A stretch of DNA of 64,000 nucleotides from Squalus acanthias (GCA_030390025.1 CM059432.1:142416001-142480000), one strand, 5' to 3'. Shown: positions 12,650 through 24,484, counted from the stretch's first letter. Made by a program: numbers and translations. The notes: a model not told the origin generated them from the sequence alone.

Positions 12650-13028
12650 CACTGTGGCTGCAGTGTGTCCCATCTACAAGATGCACTGCAGCAACTCGCC
12701 AAGGCTTCTTCGGCAGCACCTCCCAAACCCACGACCTCTACCACCTAGAAGGACAAGGGCAGCAGGCGCATGAGAACACCACCACCTCCAAGTTCCCCTC
12801 CAAGTCACATACCATCCTGACTTGGAAATATATCGGCCGATCCTTCATCATCGCTGGGTCAAAATCCTGGAACTCCCTCCCTAACAGCGCCGTGGGAGTA
12901 CCTTCACCACACGGACTGCAGCGGCTCAAGAAGGAGGCTCACCACCACCTTCTCGAGGGCAATTAGGGATGGCCAATAAATGCTGGCCTTGCCGGCGATG
13001 CCCACATCCCATGAATGAATTAAAAAAA
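12650..13028 (+). mobile_element. 3' end of CR1-group LINE (family with ...gggcaattagggatgggcaataaatgctggcc tail)
   Basis: IYKMH..RLLRQHLP C-terminus and conserved tail ending atgaatgaattaaaaaaa. Same strand as 7614-8176 and 11056-11353. Confidence 0.8.
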
Positions 13029-13395
13029 TCTATCTTTTCCGGGTTTTTTCCCACATTCTGCCTGTTATTTAGAGCTCGGTGATTTACAACTAAAGTAATA
13101 TAATGCATACAGCACAGAGTCAATATTTAGCTTTAGACTCCAGCACTGTGGAGCAGGGAAAGACACAAATCTTCGCTCCTGGGAACATCCCGCCCCTATT
13201 GTACTGTTTCCTTCTGTTACTGTGGTGTTAGCAGTTTATTATGTTGCCCTTTGTTCAGCTCACAGCACCAAGTTTGACCTGAAGTAAAATACTTGCTTTT
13301 AGATGATTCAAGTTTGGATCAATCTGCGTCTTCACATCTTTTAAACAAGGCCTTAATAAATGAAAGGGTCCGTTTTTTCCCCTCGCTTTTCGCTG

Positions 13396-13700
13396 GAGTG
13401 GGCGGCACTCTCACCTCTGAGTCAGAAGGTCGTGGGTTCGAGCCCCACTCCAGAGACTTGAGCACAAGATCTAGACTGACACTCCCAGTGAAGTACTGAG
13501 GGAGTGCAGCACTGTCAGAGGTGCTGTCTTTCGGATGAGACGTTAAGCTGAGGCCCCCTCTCCTCTCCCAGGTGGATGTAAAAGATCCCATGGCCACTAT
13601 TTGAAGAAGAGCAGGGGGAGTTCTCCTCTGGTGACCTGGCCAATATTCATCCCTCAATCAGCATCACTAAAAAACAGATTATCTGGTCATTATCATATTT
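13396..13700 (+). mobile_element. SacSINE1/Deu-type SINE, 5' part (3' part at ~16052-16205)
   Basis: tRNA-like head and gatgtaaaagatcccatggc core. Continues after the two L2 insertions. Confidence 0.8.
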
Positions 13701-14700
13701 CCTCCAACTAAATATTGGGAAGACCGAAACCATTGTCTTCGGTCCTTGCCACAAACTCCGTTCCCTAGCCGCTGACTACATCCCTCTCCCTGACAACTGT
13801 CTGAGGCTGAACCAGACTGTTTGCAATCTTGGTGTCATATTTGACCCCGAGATGAGCTTCTGACCACATATCTGCGTCATTACTAAGGCCGCCTATTTCC
13901 ACCTCCGTAACATCACCCATCTCCGCCCCTGCCTCAGCCCATCTGCTGTTGAAACCCTCATCCACGCCTTTGTTACCTCTAGACTTGACGATTCTAATGC
14001 TCACCTGGCCGGCCTCCCACATTCCACCCTACGTAAACTTAATCTCGTCCAAAACTCTGCTGCCCGTGTCCTAGCTCACACCAAGTCCCGTTCGCCCATC
14101 ATCCCTGCGCTCGCTGACCTTCATTGGCTCCCAGTTAAGCATTTTAAAATTCTCATCCTTGTTTTCAAATCCCACTATGGCCTCACCCCTACCTAGCTCT
14201 CCAGCCTTCTCCAGCCCCACAACCTATATTCCCGTTAAGGTGCGCGTGTGGCCGTGCAGTATGATGAAGGGCTCTGCGCAGGCCGCTCACCGCACTTGCG
14301 CAGGAATTTAAAGAGACCCCTCATTACAGGAAACAGGCCGTGCGGAACAAAGTGCAGCTTACAGGGAACATTGCCTACAACCCTCCGAGATCTCCGTGCT
14401 CCTCCAATTCCGGCCTCTTGAGCATCCTCAATTTTAATCGTTCCACCATTGGCGGCCGTGCCTTCAGCTGCCGAGGCCCTAAGCTCTTGAATTTCCTGCC
14501 TAAACCTCTCCGCCTCTCTTCCTCTCTCTCCTCCTTTAAGATGCTCCTTAAAACCTACCTCTTTGACCAAGCTTTTGTCGTCTGCCCTAATTTATCCTTA
14601 TGTGGCTCGGTGTTAAATTTTGTCTGATAATCGCTCCTGTGAAGCGCCTTGGGCTGTTTTACTACATTAAAGGTGCTATGTAAATGCAAGTTGTTGTTTT
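13701..14700 (+). mobile_element. L2 LINE 3' fragment
   Basis: LQLNIGKTE, LIHAFVTSRLD and LHWLP motifs. Tail aaatgcaagttgttg. Confidence 0.85.
14224..14373. mobile_element. hAT-type MITE (150 bp)
   Basis: Imperfect TIRs ctatattcccgttaag / cttacagggaacattg. 8-bp TSD cccacaac (14216-14223) / cctacaac (14374-14381). Confidence 0.75.
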
Positions 14701-14711
14701 GTTGATATTGC

Positions 14712-16051
14712 TGTTTCCGCCCTTGCCACAGTACAGAAACGGCTCTCATCAAAGTCACAAATGACATCCTTTGTGACTGTGACAAAGGTAAACTATCCCT
14801 CCTCATCCTTCTTGACTTCTCTGCAGCCTTTGACACGGTTGACCACTCCATCCTTCTCCAACGCCTCTCCACCGTCGTTCAGCTGGGCGGGACTGCACTC
14901 GCCTGGTTCCATTCTTATCTATCTAATCGTAGCCAGAGAATCACCTGCAACGGCTTCTCTTCCTGCTCCCACATCGTTACCTCTGGTGTCCCCCAAGGAT
15001 CTATCCCTGGCCCCTTCCTATTTCTCATCTACATGCTGCCCCTTGGCGACATCATCCGAAAACACAGCGTCAGTTTCCACATGTATGCTGACGTCACCCA
15101 GCTCTGCCTCACTACCTCTTCTCTCGACCCCTCCACGGTCTCTAAATTGTCAGACTGCTTGTCCGACATACAGTTCTGGATGAGCAAAAATTTTCTCCAA
15201 TTAAATATTGGGAAGACCGAAGCCATTGTTTTCGGTCCCCGCCACAAACTCCGTTCCCTAGCCACTGACTCCATCCCTCTCCCTAGCATCTGTCTGAGGC
15301 TGAACCACACTGTTCGCAACCTCGGTGTCATATTTGACCCTGAAATGAGCTTCCGACCACATATCCGCAGCATAACAAAGACCGCCTACTTCCACCTCCG
15401 TAACATCGCCCGTCTCCGCCCTTGCCTCAGCTCATCCGCTGCTGAAACCCTCATCCATGCCTTTGTTACCTCTAGACCTGACTATTCCAACGCACTCATG
15501 GCTGGCCTCCCACATTCCGCCCTACGTAAACTTGAGGTCATCCAAAACTCGGCTGACCGTATCCTAACTCGTACCAAGTCCCATTCACCCATCACCCCTG
15601 TGCTCCCTGACCTACATTGGCTCCCGGTTAAGCAGCGCCTCGATTTCAAAATTCTCATCCTTGTTTCTAAATCCCTCCATGGCCTCGCCCCTCCCTACCT
15701 CTGTAATCTCCTTCAGCCCCACAACCCCCCGAGATATCTGCGCTCCTCTAATTCTGCCCTCTTGAACATCCCTGATTATAATCGCTCAACCTTTGGTGGC
15801 CGTGCCTTCTGTTGCCTGGGCCCTAAGCTCTGGAATTCCCTGCCGAAAGCTCTCCGCCTCGCTACCTCTCTTTCCTCCTTTAAGACGCTCCTTAAAACCT
15901 ACCTCTCTGACCAAGCTTTTGGTCACCTGTCCTAATTTATCCTTATGTGGCTCGGTGTCAAATTTTTTGTCTTAAAATACTCCTGTGCAGCGCCTTGGGA
16001 CGTTTTACTACGTTAAAGGCGCTATATAAATACAAGTTGTTGTTGTTGTTG
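14712..16051 (+). mobile_element. L2 LINE, 5'-truncated RT region
   Basis: HSTETAL, DFSAAFDTVDH, GVPQGS; ORF 15033-15935 with YAD. (GTT)n tail. Confidence 0.9.
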
Positions 16052-17235
16052 TAGTTTGTAGGAGCTTCCTGTGCGCAAATTAGTTGCCATATTTCCTACA
16101 TTTCAACAGTGACTGCACTTCAAAAAAAGTACTTCATTGGGTGTAAAGAGCTTTGGGACATCCTGAGGTCATAAAAGGTGCTGTAGAAATGCCTGTTCTT
16201 TCTTACTTTAATGTTATTGAACACATTTTGGTCGGGGGTAGGAATTCGTAATCACTGAAGATGATAGTTTGTCAGCCTTTCATTCCCACTCCCTCTGTAT
16301 ACTGTTCAGAGAATGGCGTTTGGGTTTTTTGTGGTGGCCCCAGGAATGTCTTGCCTCTAGTTTATTTGGAGCAGCGATCGTACTCATTCCTGCTGTAGAA
16401 TTTTAAAACTAGTTTACTCCTCTCGTCAGTCCTGTAATGTTAGGTCGTGTAGCACCTGCGTAACGTAGGCTGAGCGCATCCTCGCGTTGCGCTACATGTG
16501 ATGATTTCCAGCCAGATTTCTGAACCCTAACCAGGTACAACAAACGCTGCGCAGTCTGTTAAAACATATTTATTTCTTTTTCAAAGTGCTGGCAACGTTC
16601 ATGCTTTCTAGAAAGCTCCTCATTCATTCCATTCATGCCTGAAGACTGACACTTAAAACCGCACAATCTTCCAATTCCTCCCCCTCATCTTCCTCCTTAA
16701 CCTTGTCCTGGTTCATCTCTAGCATCGTGATTGGTGGTGCTCTCTTCTCCACTTCAGAGGTGGCCGTTTGAAAACCTCTACTCCCCAAAGACCTTTCCTT
16801 TGACAGTAAATGTTGGTTCTTTCCTTCAAATCCTTGTTTTCCTAAGAAGCTGGCCGTCCCGCGTGCTTTAATGCTTCGTGATATTGTACACTCTCTCCTT
16901 TCCTCAGCCGCAGACTCAAGCCCTCCCCAGAAATTGCTGTCCTTTGCCAAGATTCGGCCCAAAGCTTTCAGATTGAATTTTCTTAAATTCCTCGCTTGTT
17001 TCCCTTTTATTGTCTCTGGTTTGTCCGTTAGATGTCCGTTATTATCAGTGACCAAGTTGGAATATATTTGAAATGAATTGTGTGTCCTGCACATATCTGT
17101 GGACAGTGGGGTGTTTGCTAAGTATATCTGTTACCAATGAACTCTAATCCGATATGTGAAACCGCAGCCAGCGAGGTTCTTGATGCACATTGCTTGTGAC
17201 TCACCTCTCCCTGCCCTTTATTCTCCATTGTATAA

Positions 17236-17580
17236 AAGAAAAAGAAAAGCTTGCACTTATACAGCGCTTTTCACAACCTCAGGACGACCCTAAGCTTTAC
17301 AGCCAATGAAGTACTTTTGAAGTGTAGTCACTGTTGGAAACGCAGCAGCCAATTTGCGCACAGCAAGCTCCCACAAACAACAATGTGATAATGACCAGAT
17401 AATCTGTCTTAGTGATGTTGGTTGAGGGATAAATATTGGGGCCACCGGGGAGGACGTCCCTGCTCTTCTTCAATACAGTGCCGTGGGATCTTTTACATCC
17501 ACCTGAGAGAGCAGACGGGGCCTCGGTTTAACGTCTCAGCTGGAAGACGGCACCTCCGACAGCGCAGCTCTCCCTCAGTA
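17236..17580 (-). mobile_element. SacSINE1/Deu-type SINE, 5'-truncated
   Basis: Reverse complement of the 20452-20885 copy. Confidence 0.8.
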
Positions 17581-18212
17581 TACGTACAGTGTGTGTCTCT
17601 TTGACTTTTCCTCACTATTTCTTGCCTTCGTTCATGCAGCACAGCTGGGCTGACGATGCAGGTGATTCAGAGTGAAGGGGTTTGATTCAAAATGAAACAA
17701 TTCTAACCTTTTGGCACCGGAGGCACAACATCTCAATGGGCGCCTGAGGTGCGATGTGATGGGCGTCATGTCCAGCTGACACAACGTATTAAATGGAACA
17801 AGTTTTGATTCCAACTTCTACAGCCACACAAGCTGCCTTCCCCTGCGATCTGTCACTGTCAGTTTTTGCCTCTCGTTCCCAGGTTATATTAACTCACAGA
17901 GAGTACTGGGACTTGCAGTTAGCAGGAGTTTTACAAATGATTCAGGCAGACTGTTTTTTGTCAGTTTGACTTTTTTTTGGTAAGAGTGGAGAGTAGCACG
18001 GGCCATGGGCCAAGTGTTGCGATTATCACCTGCCTTGGTTACAGATAATGAAACGTGTTCTGGCTGTTTTAATAAGGCATGATGGGTTACTTTTTTATAA
18101 AACCAGTCATTTTTATGTTTCTCAAGGAGTCAGTGCTCCACCATTGAATTTAAAGGCTCGAGTTATTCATCCAGAACCCCTACCAGGGAGGCGGTCGATT
18201 AGAAGACAAGCA

Positions 18213-18497
18213 CCAAGTCCCGTTCACCCAACACCCTCTGTGCTCACTGACCTACATTGGCTCCCGGTCCAGCAACACCTCAATTTAAAATTCTATTCCT
18301 CGTGTTCGAGTCCCTCCATGACCCTTGCCCCTCCCTATCTCTGTAACCTCCTCCAGCCCTACAACCCTCCGAGATCTCTGCGCTCCTCCAATTCTAGCTT
18401 CCATTGCTCCACCATTGGCGGCCATGCCTTCAGCCATCTAGGCCCCAAGCTCTGGAATTCCCTCCCTAAACCTCTCCACCTCTCTCTCTCCTCCATT
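18213..18497 (+). mobile_element. L2 fragment
   Basis: TPSVLTDLHWLPV and GPKLWNSLP. Confidence 0.8.
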
Positions 18498-18498
18498 A

Positions 18499-18570
18499 GG
18501 TGACAGGATTTGAACTCACGTTCTCTGGACTACTAGTCCAGTAACATAACCACTACACTACCGTACCCCT
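18499..18570 (-). mobile_element. Isolated tRNA-like head of the 7614 family
   Basis: Reverse complement ggggtacggtagtgtagtggttatgttactggactagtagtccagagaacgtgagttcaaatcc. Confidence 0.7.
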
Positions 18571-19479
18571 GCCCCTGTGATCTATGACGCCTCTCCCTCA
18601 CTACCATCGGGAGGACTGGCAGAACATCGCTTCAGATCCTTCCTCGTGTGCCGGATTTGGACTTGGACAATTCACGGGAACAGAATTCTGATTTTCCTGA
18701 AGCGAGCCAGAATTTCATCGAAAGTCTTTGCACACCTGCAGATCCCTTGGTGCAGCCTTGATTGTTACTTTTGTGCTTGAAATTAAAAAAAGTAAGAAGC
18801 TGAAGTAACAAGAACAATGGTGGTGCGGTGAGCGTTATTTGATTCCCAGTTGTTTGGTGATGGCTGTCACGCATCTGGACTCTGTTAGTCCCGAGGGGCA
18901 GGATCCAATCCCTGGTGGGCCAATGGGAGAGGAGAGGGCCTGGCACTTTTCATGGCGGTCCAGTATTAGCCTCCAGCTGCTTTTTGTCCAGCGGGAGGGG
19001 GATGTGTCCTTGCTGTCTGGTGGTCAAAAGCCTCGCGCGAGTAGATTGGAAGTGTAACGTGTGTGTGTGTTGAGGATTGGAGACTGTTTCAGGATAGCGA
19101 CTGCACAAAGGCGGAGCCTTCGCGATTTCTCCCCTGTCGAGAAATTCGGGCGCGTCCATTTTTGTGCACGTGGTGGTTGGGGTTGGGCAGAATTCCACCC
19201 CCGCATCTGAATGGCGAGGCCCGAATCCACCCCCCGATATTGGGCCTCAGGCCTCGTTTCCATGGCGACAGTGAGCTGCGCAGAGCTGCCAACCGGTAAG
19301 GAAGGTAAAGGGCAATCAGGCCGGGAGGTGGTTGTTGGTTGGCGGGGGGGTGGGGGCGGGGGAAGGGCACCGCTTCGGGGCTGCTGTTGTTGTTGTTGTT
19401 GTTGTTGTCTCACACCCATATGGTTGCCTCTGGATTGCCCCCTGGTGGCCGGGCAAACCACCCACGACAAAGGATCACC

Positions 19480-19598
19480 ACAGGGGACTGCAGCGGTTCA
19501 AGAAGGCGGCCCACCAGCACCTTCTCAAGGGGGCCAACCAGGGATGGGCAATAAACGCCGGCCTTGCCAGCGACGCCCACATCCTGCGAATGAATTTA
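19480..19598 (+). mobile_element. Short 3' end of the CR1-group LINE
   Basis: ggactgcagcggttcaagaaggcggc...gccagcgacgcccacatcc. Confidence 0.75.
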
Positions 19599-19624
19599 GA
19601 AAGAGGCAGAACAAAGGGATGAAC

Positions 19625-19722
19625 TAAAAACAGAAAATGCTGGAGACACTCAGCAGGTCAGGCAGCATCTGTGGAGAGAGAAACGAAGTTAACGTTTCAG
19701 GTCGATGACCCTTCGTCAGAAG
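19625..19722 (-). mobile_element. Penelope 3'-end fragment with hammerhead motif
   Basis: Matches 43095-43187. Minus strand CTGACGA AGGGTC ATC GACCT GAAACGTT. Confidence 0.75.
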
Positions 19723-20451
19723 TGGCACAGCATCTCCTGTGCAGTAAACGGCCTGTACCTCCTCGGGCTTAACTGTTCCCACCATTGTGCGTGACCAAAT
19801 ATTCACATATGTCTTTTATTCTCTTTTTCACTGCTCTGAAGTATTACCGCTGATTACTGTGGAATTAGTGCCAGTGGAAAGAGAGCAAAATAGAAGCAGA
19901 ACTGTTCCAAAATGGGAATGACAAATTGTCAAGAGTTCCAAGTCATAATATTAGCTGGAAGTTTATTGGGAGATAATAGCTCTTGTCACAGTCTTGGCAT
20001 TGTCATTAAAAAATTTGTAAGTTAGCCAATAAACTGTTATGGTTTTATGTACCCGGATAAACCGCTAAACACTCCTAATTACACTTCAAACTCCTTCCAG
20101 TCTGTTATTCACTTTGCCCTAATTTCTCATTGTTTACACAGATCTGTTATTTTTGCTATTCTTGTTGATTCCTGTCAGGCACAAAAACCGAGCCATATGT
20201 TAACTCCGTCCGGGATGGCAAGTTTACTTAGTGTCAACGAGACACAAACTGGCCCTGAATCCTTCTCTCAGCCTGTATCCAACACAGAGCTTCCTTCTCT
20301 TTGATTGTGGAGGGGGAGCACGAGCTGTAGAAATGGGCTGTGTGTTCTGCTAAAAAAATTAAAGGTTTCGTAAGGTAGAACTGAACAGAAACACGAGCCG
20401 GGAGCAGGCTGAGAATGGGCAGGATTACAGAAAGATGTTCTGAATGTTAGG

Positions 20452-20885
20452 TGTCAGCCCTGGCTCAGTGGGTAGCACTCTCGCCTCAGAAGGTCGTGGG
20501 CTCAAGTCTCACTCCAGAGACTTCAGCACACACTCTAGGCCGACACACCCAGTGCAGTACTGAGGGGGTGCAGCACTGTCGGACGAGACATTAAACCGAG
20601 CCCCTGTCTGCTCTCTCAGGTGGATGTAAAAATCCCATGACACTATTTCGAAGAAGAGCAGGCAGTTCTCCTCTGTGTCCTGGCCAATATTATCCCTCAG
20701 CCAACACCACTAAAAAATACAGATTATCTTGTTATTATCACGTTGCTGTTTCTGGGAGCTTGTTGTGTGCAAATTGGCTGCTGCGTTTCCATGACAACAA
20801 TTTCACTTCAAAAGTACTTCATTGGCTGTAAAACGCTTTGGGACGTCCTGAGGTTGTGAAAGGTGCTGAATAAATGCACGTCTTT
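20452..20885 (+). mobile_element. SacSINE1/Deu-type SINE, near full length
   Basis: gtgtcagccctggctcagtgggtagcac head, Deu-like core, L2-like tail. Confidence 0.85.
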
Positions 20886-21060
20886 CCCTCTTTAGTTTCT
20901 TCCCTCTTCCCTTCCTTTCTTTCTATCTCGCTCTCACTTTCTCCCTTCTTTTTTCTTTCTTTCTCAGCGCACTGACAGTACATTGTATCCTATATTTGAT
21001 ATGGTTCACTGACAGCGATATCATTCCGGCTCCGCTCATTCTGCTCTTGTTGCCTCCCAG

Positions 21061-21191
21061 GCTCTTTCTGAAAGGCTACAGTGGCACGGCAGGGAGGCAG
21101 AGCAGCTTGGTTTTACACGGAGCAGATTTCAGCACCAAAGACCTGGATCACGACAACTGCATCTGCAAGTGTGCTCAGATGTTAACGGGAG
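21061..21191 (+). CDS. ANGPT4: Angiopoietin (ANGPT1/ANGPT4 clade) penultimate coding exon, fibrinogen-like domain
   Basis: Pyrimidine tract and cag acceptor ending at 21060; gtaag donor at 21192; 131 bp. Encodes (R)LFLKGYSGTAGRQSSLVLHGADFSTKDLDHDNCICKCAQMLTG. Family assignment is secure; ANGPT4 versus ANGPT1 is inference. Confidence 0.9.
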
Positions 21192-21369
21192 GTAAGGGAG
21201 TTGACGTCAGTTAATTGCAATTTTTTTGTGTTAATCCTCATGTCTGGCTCAAGGGCCTGGCATTGAGCAAAGTTTTGATGGTTGGAATTTGCACTTGATT
21301 AAGGATAAACTGCTGCACCTGTCAGAGACTGCGGGTGAGGTCCAAAGGCCGTCCTTTACATGAGTTAAA

Positions 21370-21668
21370 GTGCATAGACTGAGCTTGTATAAGTTGCATA
21401 GACTGGGCTGGTATAAGTTGCATAGACTGGGCTGGTATAAGTTGCATAGACTGGGCTGGTATAAGTTGCATAAACTGGGCTGGTGTAAGTTGCATAGACT
21501 GGGCTGGTATAAGTTGCATAAACTGGGCTGGTATAAGTTGCATAGACTGGGCTGGTATAAGTTGCATAGACTGGGCTGGTATAAGTTGCATAGACTGGGC
21601 TGGTATAAGTTGCATAGACTGGGCTGGTATAAGTTGCATAGACTGGGCTGGTATAAGTTGCATAGACT
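21370..21668 (+). repeat. 24-bp minisatellite (~12 copies) at the 5' end of a CR1 fragment
   Basis: Unit taagttgcatagactgggctggta. Continues into CR1 sequence (gagtttagaagattaagg...) to ~21780. Confidence 0.95.
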
Positions 21669-21787
21669 AGTTGGAATATTCTCTTGAGTTTAGAAGATTA
21701 AGGTGTGATCTAATTGTGGTGTTTAAGATAGAGAGAAACGATTTGCTCTAGTGGCGGAGTCCACAACAAGGGGGCACAACTGTTTTG

Positions 21788-22015
21788 GTGTGGGACTGGA
21801 GTCACATATAGGCCCAGACCGGGTAAGGACGGCAGGTTTCCTTCCCTAAAGGACATCAGTGAACCAGTTGGGTTTTTACGACAATCCGACAGCTTCACTT
21901 TTACTGACGCCAGCTTTTTATTTCCAGATTTTTTAAACTGAATTCAGATACTGAAACTGCCCACGGTGGGATTTGAAGTCATGTTCCCTGGATAATTAGT
22001 CTACAGAACCACCAC
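21788..22015 (-). mobile_element. SINE-like copy of the head and body of the 7614 family
   Basis: Reverse complement of ggattgtcgtaaaaaccc...gtcctttagggaaggaaa...gtgactccag, preceded by a box B. Confidence 0.75.
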
Positions 22016-22221
22016 TCCAGCATACCCATATCAAAACAGAAAGACTTTGTGGGGGGTAACTGTGTGTGTCCAGGGTAATTGATACTGGTAACTGGTGAAC
22101 TCTTGTTTCAAAACGGAATGTCTGTGAAAATACCAACAATGGAAGTTTTGATAGATTTGTTGCCCCTGACAACTGTTTGTTTTACTTTTACTGAACTAAC
22201 ACACAGGCATTTCGTTAACCG

Positions 22222-22645
22222 TACGCACACACAAACACCGACACCCAAGCACACATGCACACGCACCCATGCACACACGCACCCACGCACACGCACCCAC
22301 GCACACGCACCCACGCACACGCACCCACGCACACGCACCCACGCACACACGCACACGCACACACGCACCCAAGCACTCGCACCCACGCACACACACCCAC
22401 GCATGTGCACTCACATACGCTACACTCTCGCACGTGCACATGCGGCACATACATGCACACACTCACACATGCACGCACACACCTACTGCATGTACACGCG
22501 CACACACGCACATGCACACATGCATGCGCGCACACACACCTTATGCGCACGCAAGCACACGCGCACCTCATGCACGCACGCACGCGTACTCACACAAACG
22601 CACGCACACACTCACACGCAGTCACACTCACATACCCACACCATA
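22222..22645. repeat. (CA)/(CACG)-rich microsatellite
   Basis: Directly visible. Confidence 0.95.
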
Positions 22646-23012
22646 CGCCTCCCCCCACGGTTCACCAGTCGTGGTCAGTCCCACTCTGCGCCTCCCCCCA
22701 CGGTTCACCAGTCGGGGTCAGTCCCACTCTGCGCCTCCCCCCACGGTTCACCAGTCGGGGTCAGTCCCACTCTGCGCCTCCCCCCACGGTTCACCAGTCG
22801 GGGTCAGTCCCACTCTGCACCTCCCCCCACAGTTCACCAGTCGGGGTCAGTCCCACTCTGCGCCTCCCCCCACGGTTGACCAGTCGGGGTCAGTCCCACT
22901 CTGCGCCTCCCCCCACGGTTCACCAGTCGGGGTCAGTCCCACTCTGCGCCTCCCCCCATGATTCACCAGTCGGGGTCAGTCCCACTCTGCGCCTCCCCCC
23001 ACGGTTGACCAG
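22646..23012. repeat. 43-bp minisatellite, ~8.5 copies
   Basis: Unit cgcctccccccacggttcaccagtcggggtcagtcccactctg. Confidence 0.95.
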
Positions 23013-23324
23013 TTGGCTCAGTCCTGCACGAGCCTCCCGAATTCACAGGTCCAAATGCCGTCACAGCCCCAATATAAAGTAGGCCCCCGTCAGCCGGGAA
23101 CGGGCATCCCTTCCGTGCATGAATTAAGGTAAGTTAAGATGGTGGGGGGCGACTGGAATATGTTTGGACCCCCGCCCCCCACACCACCGCACTGTTGCTG
23201 CTGGGGAGGGGATTAAAATCTACCCCAATATGTGACCTTCTGGACTTCATGGCACAATACTGCACCATTTCTCCAATAAGCCACTAGGGGAGCTCTTTAG
23301 CCAGTTTCGTCTAACTTTATATCA

Positions 23325-23462
23325 ACAATAACAACAACAACAACTTGTATTTATATAGCGCCTTTAACAGGAGCGTTATCAAACAAAATTTGGCACCAAG
23401 CCACAAAAGGAGATATTAGGACAGGTGGCCAAAAACTTGTCAAAGAGGCAGGTTTTAAGGAA
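23325..23462 (-). mobile_element. L2 3' end
   Basis: (AAC)n then ttgtatttatatagcgccttt. Confidence 0.75.
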
Positions 23463-23644
23463 CCATGGAAATTTCTAGATACAAGTTAGATTATGGATAA
23501 GAAAGACCAGGTGTCCCCTCCAAGTTCATCCATTGAGTTAAAAAAAAAACCAGCACAGCCTGCAGCTGTTCCTTAGACAGTTGCAATTGTTTTGCTGACT
23601 CTATCCTACCCCACAGTCCATTCCTCTTGTGGGCAAGACCAAAA

Positions 23645-23952
23645 CTAGGGCCCATAAATACAAGATAGTCACTAATAAATCCAATAGGGAAATAAGGAGA
23701 AACTTCTTTACTCAGTGAGTGGTGAGAACGTGGAACTCGCTACCACAGGAAGTGGTTGTGGCGAATAGCACAGATGCTTTCAAAAGGAAATTAGACGAGT
23801 GCAAGAGCGAAAAAGGGATAGAAAGATATGCTGAAAGACTGAGATGAGGTAGATAGAATGGGAGGAGTCTCATGCGGAGTATAAACACCAGCATGGACCA
23901 GTTGGGCCGAATGGTCTCTTCCTGTGCTGTAAATACGATGTAATTCTATGTA
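23645..23952 (+). mobile_element. CR1 3' fragment
   Basis: Encodes RNFFTQ..WNSLP, followed by the 3' UTR. Confidence 0.75.
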
Positions 23953-24484
23953 AAGACACATTTGGATCACGCTTTGTGTGAAGAGCTTTCTCTCTGGAAG
24001 AAATCCATTGCCTTCGTTTTAACAACAAGCACGTAGTTGATAAAATCCAAATGAATATGTTCCAATTTCATTCTGGTTAGAATGTAAATCTGTAGTTAAT
24101 CAATTTAACACAGCAGCACATCCTCAATGTGACACAATTTTATCGTTTTGAGGTATTTTTAATATAATTCTCTCCATGAGTAAAATGCGGGCAATCTGCC
24201 ACTCTGGTTCCACAATAATTTGTGTGTGTGATTATGGGGAACTTCACATAAACACTTCAGCTTGTCACGCAGTCTGGGCAGATCCTTGCCTCACCAGGAA
24301 TTAAAGCCAATGGTAAGCCAAAAGGGAGATTGTTTCAAACTAATTTGGCCGGGGGAGGGGAACCAGGATGAAGCATCAGAGAGGACAAACAAGGTGCATA
24401 GAAGCCTGGGAGAGACAAACAGCGTTAGGATAAAGAATAATCCAGAAAGAGGAGACATCAAACAGCGGAGAATTTTTCTTTTCA

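Noticed and set aside
1..21060. Upstream angiopoietin exon (GFG..GE.WLGNE)
   Set aside because: Not found by eye or in the ORF track; probably outside the window, though a short exon could be missed.
21370..23012. CRISPR-like arrays
   Set aside because: Head-to-tail units with no unique spacers and no cas genes; eukaryotic minisatellites.
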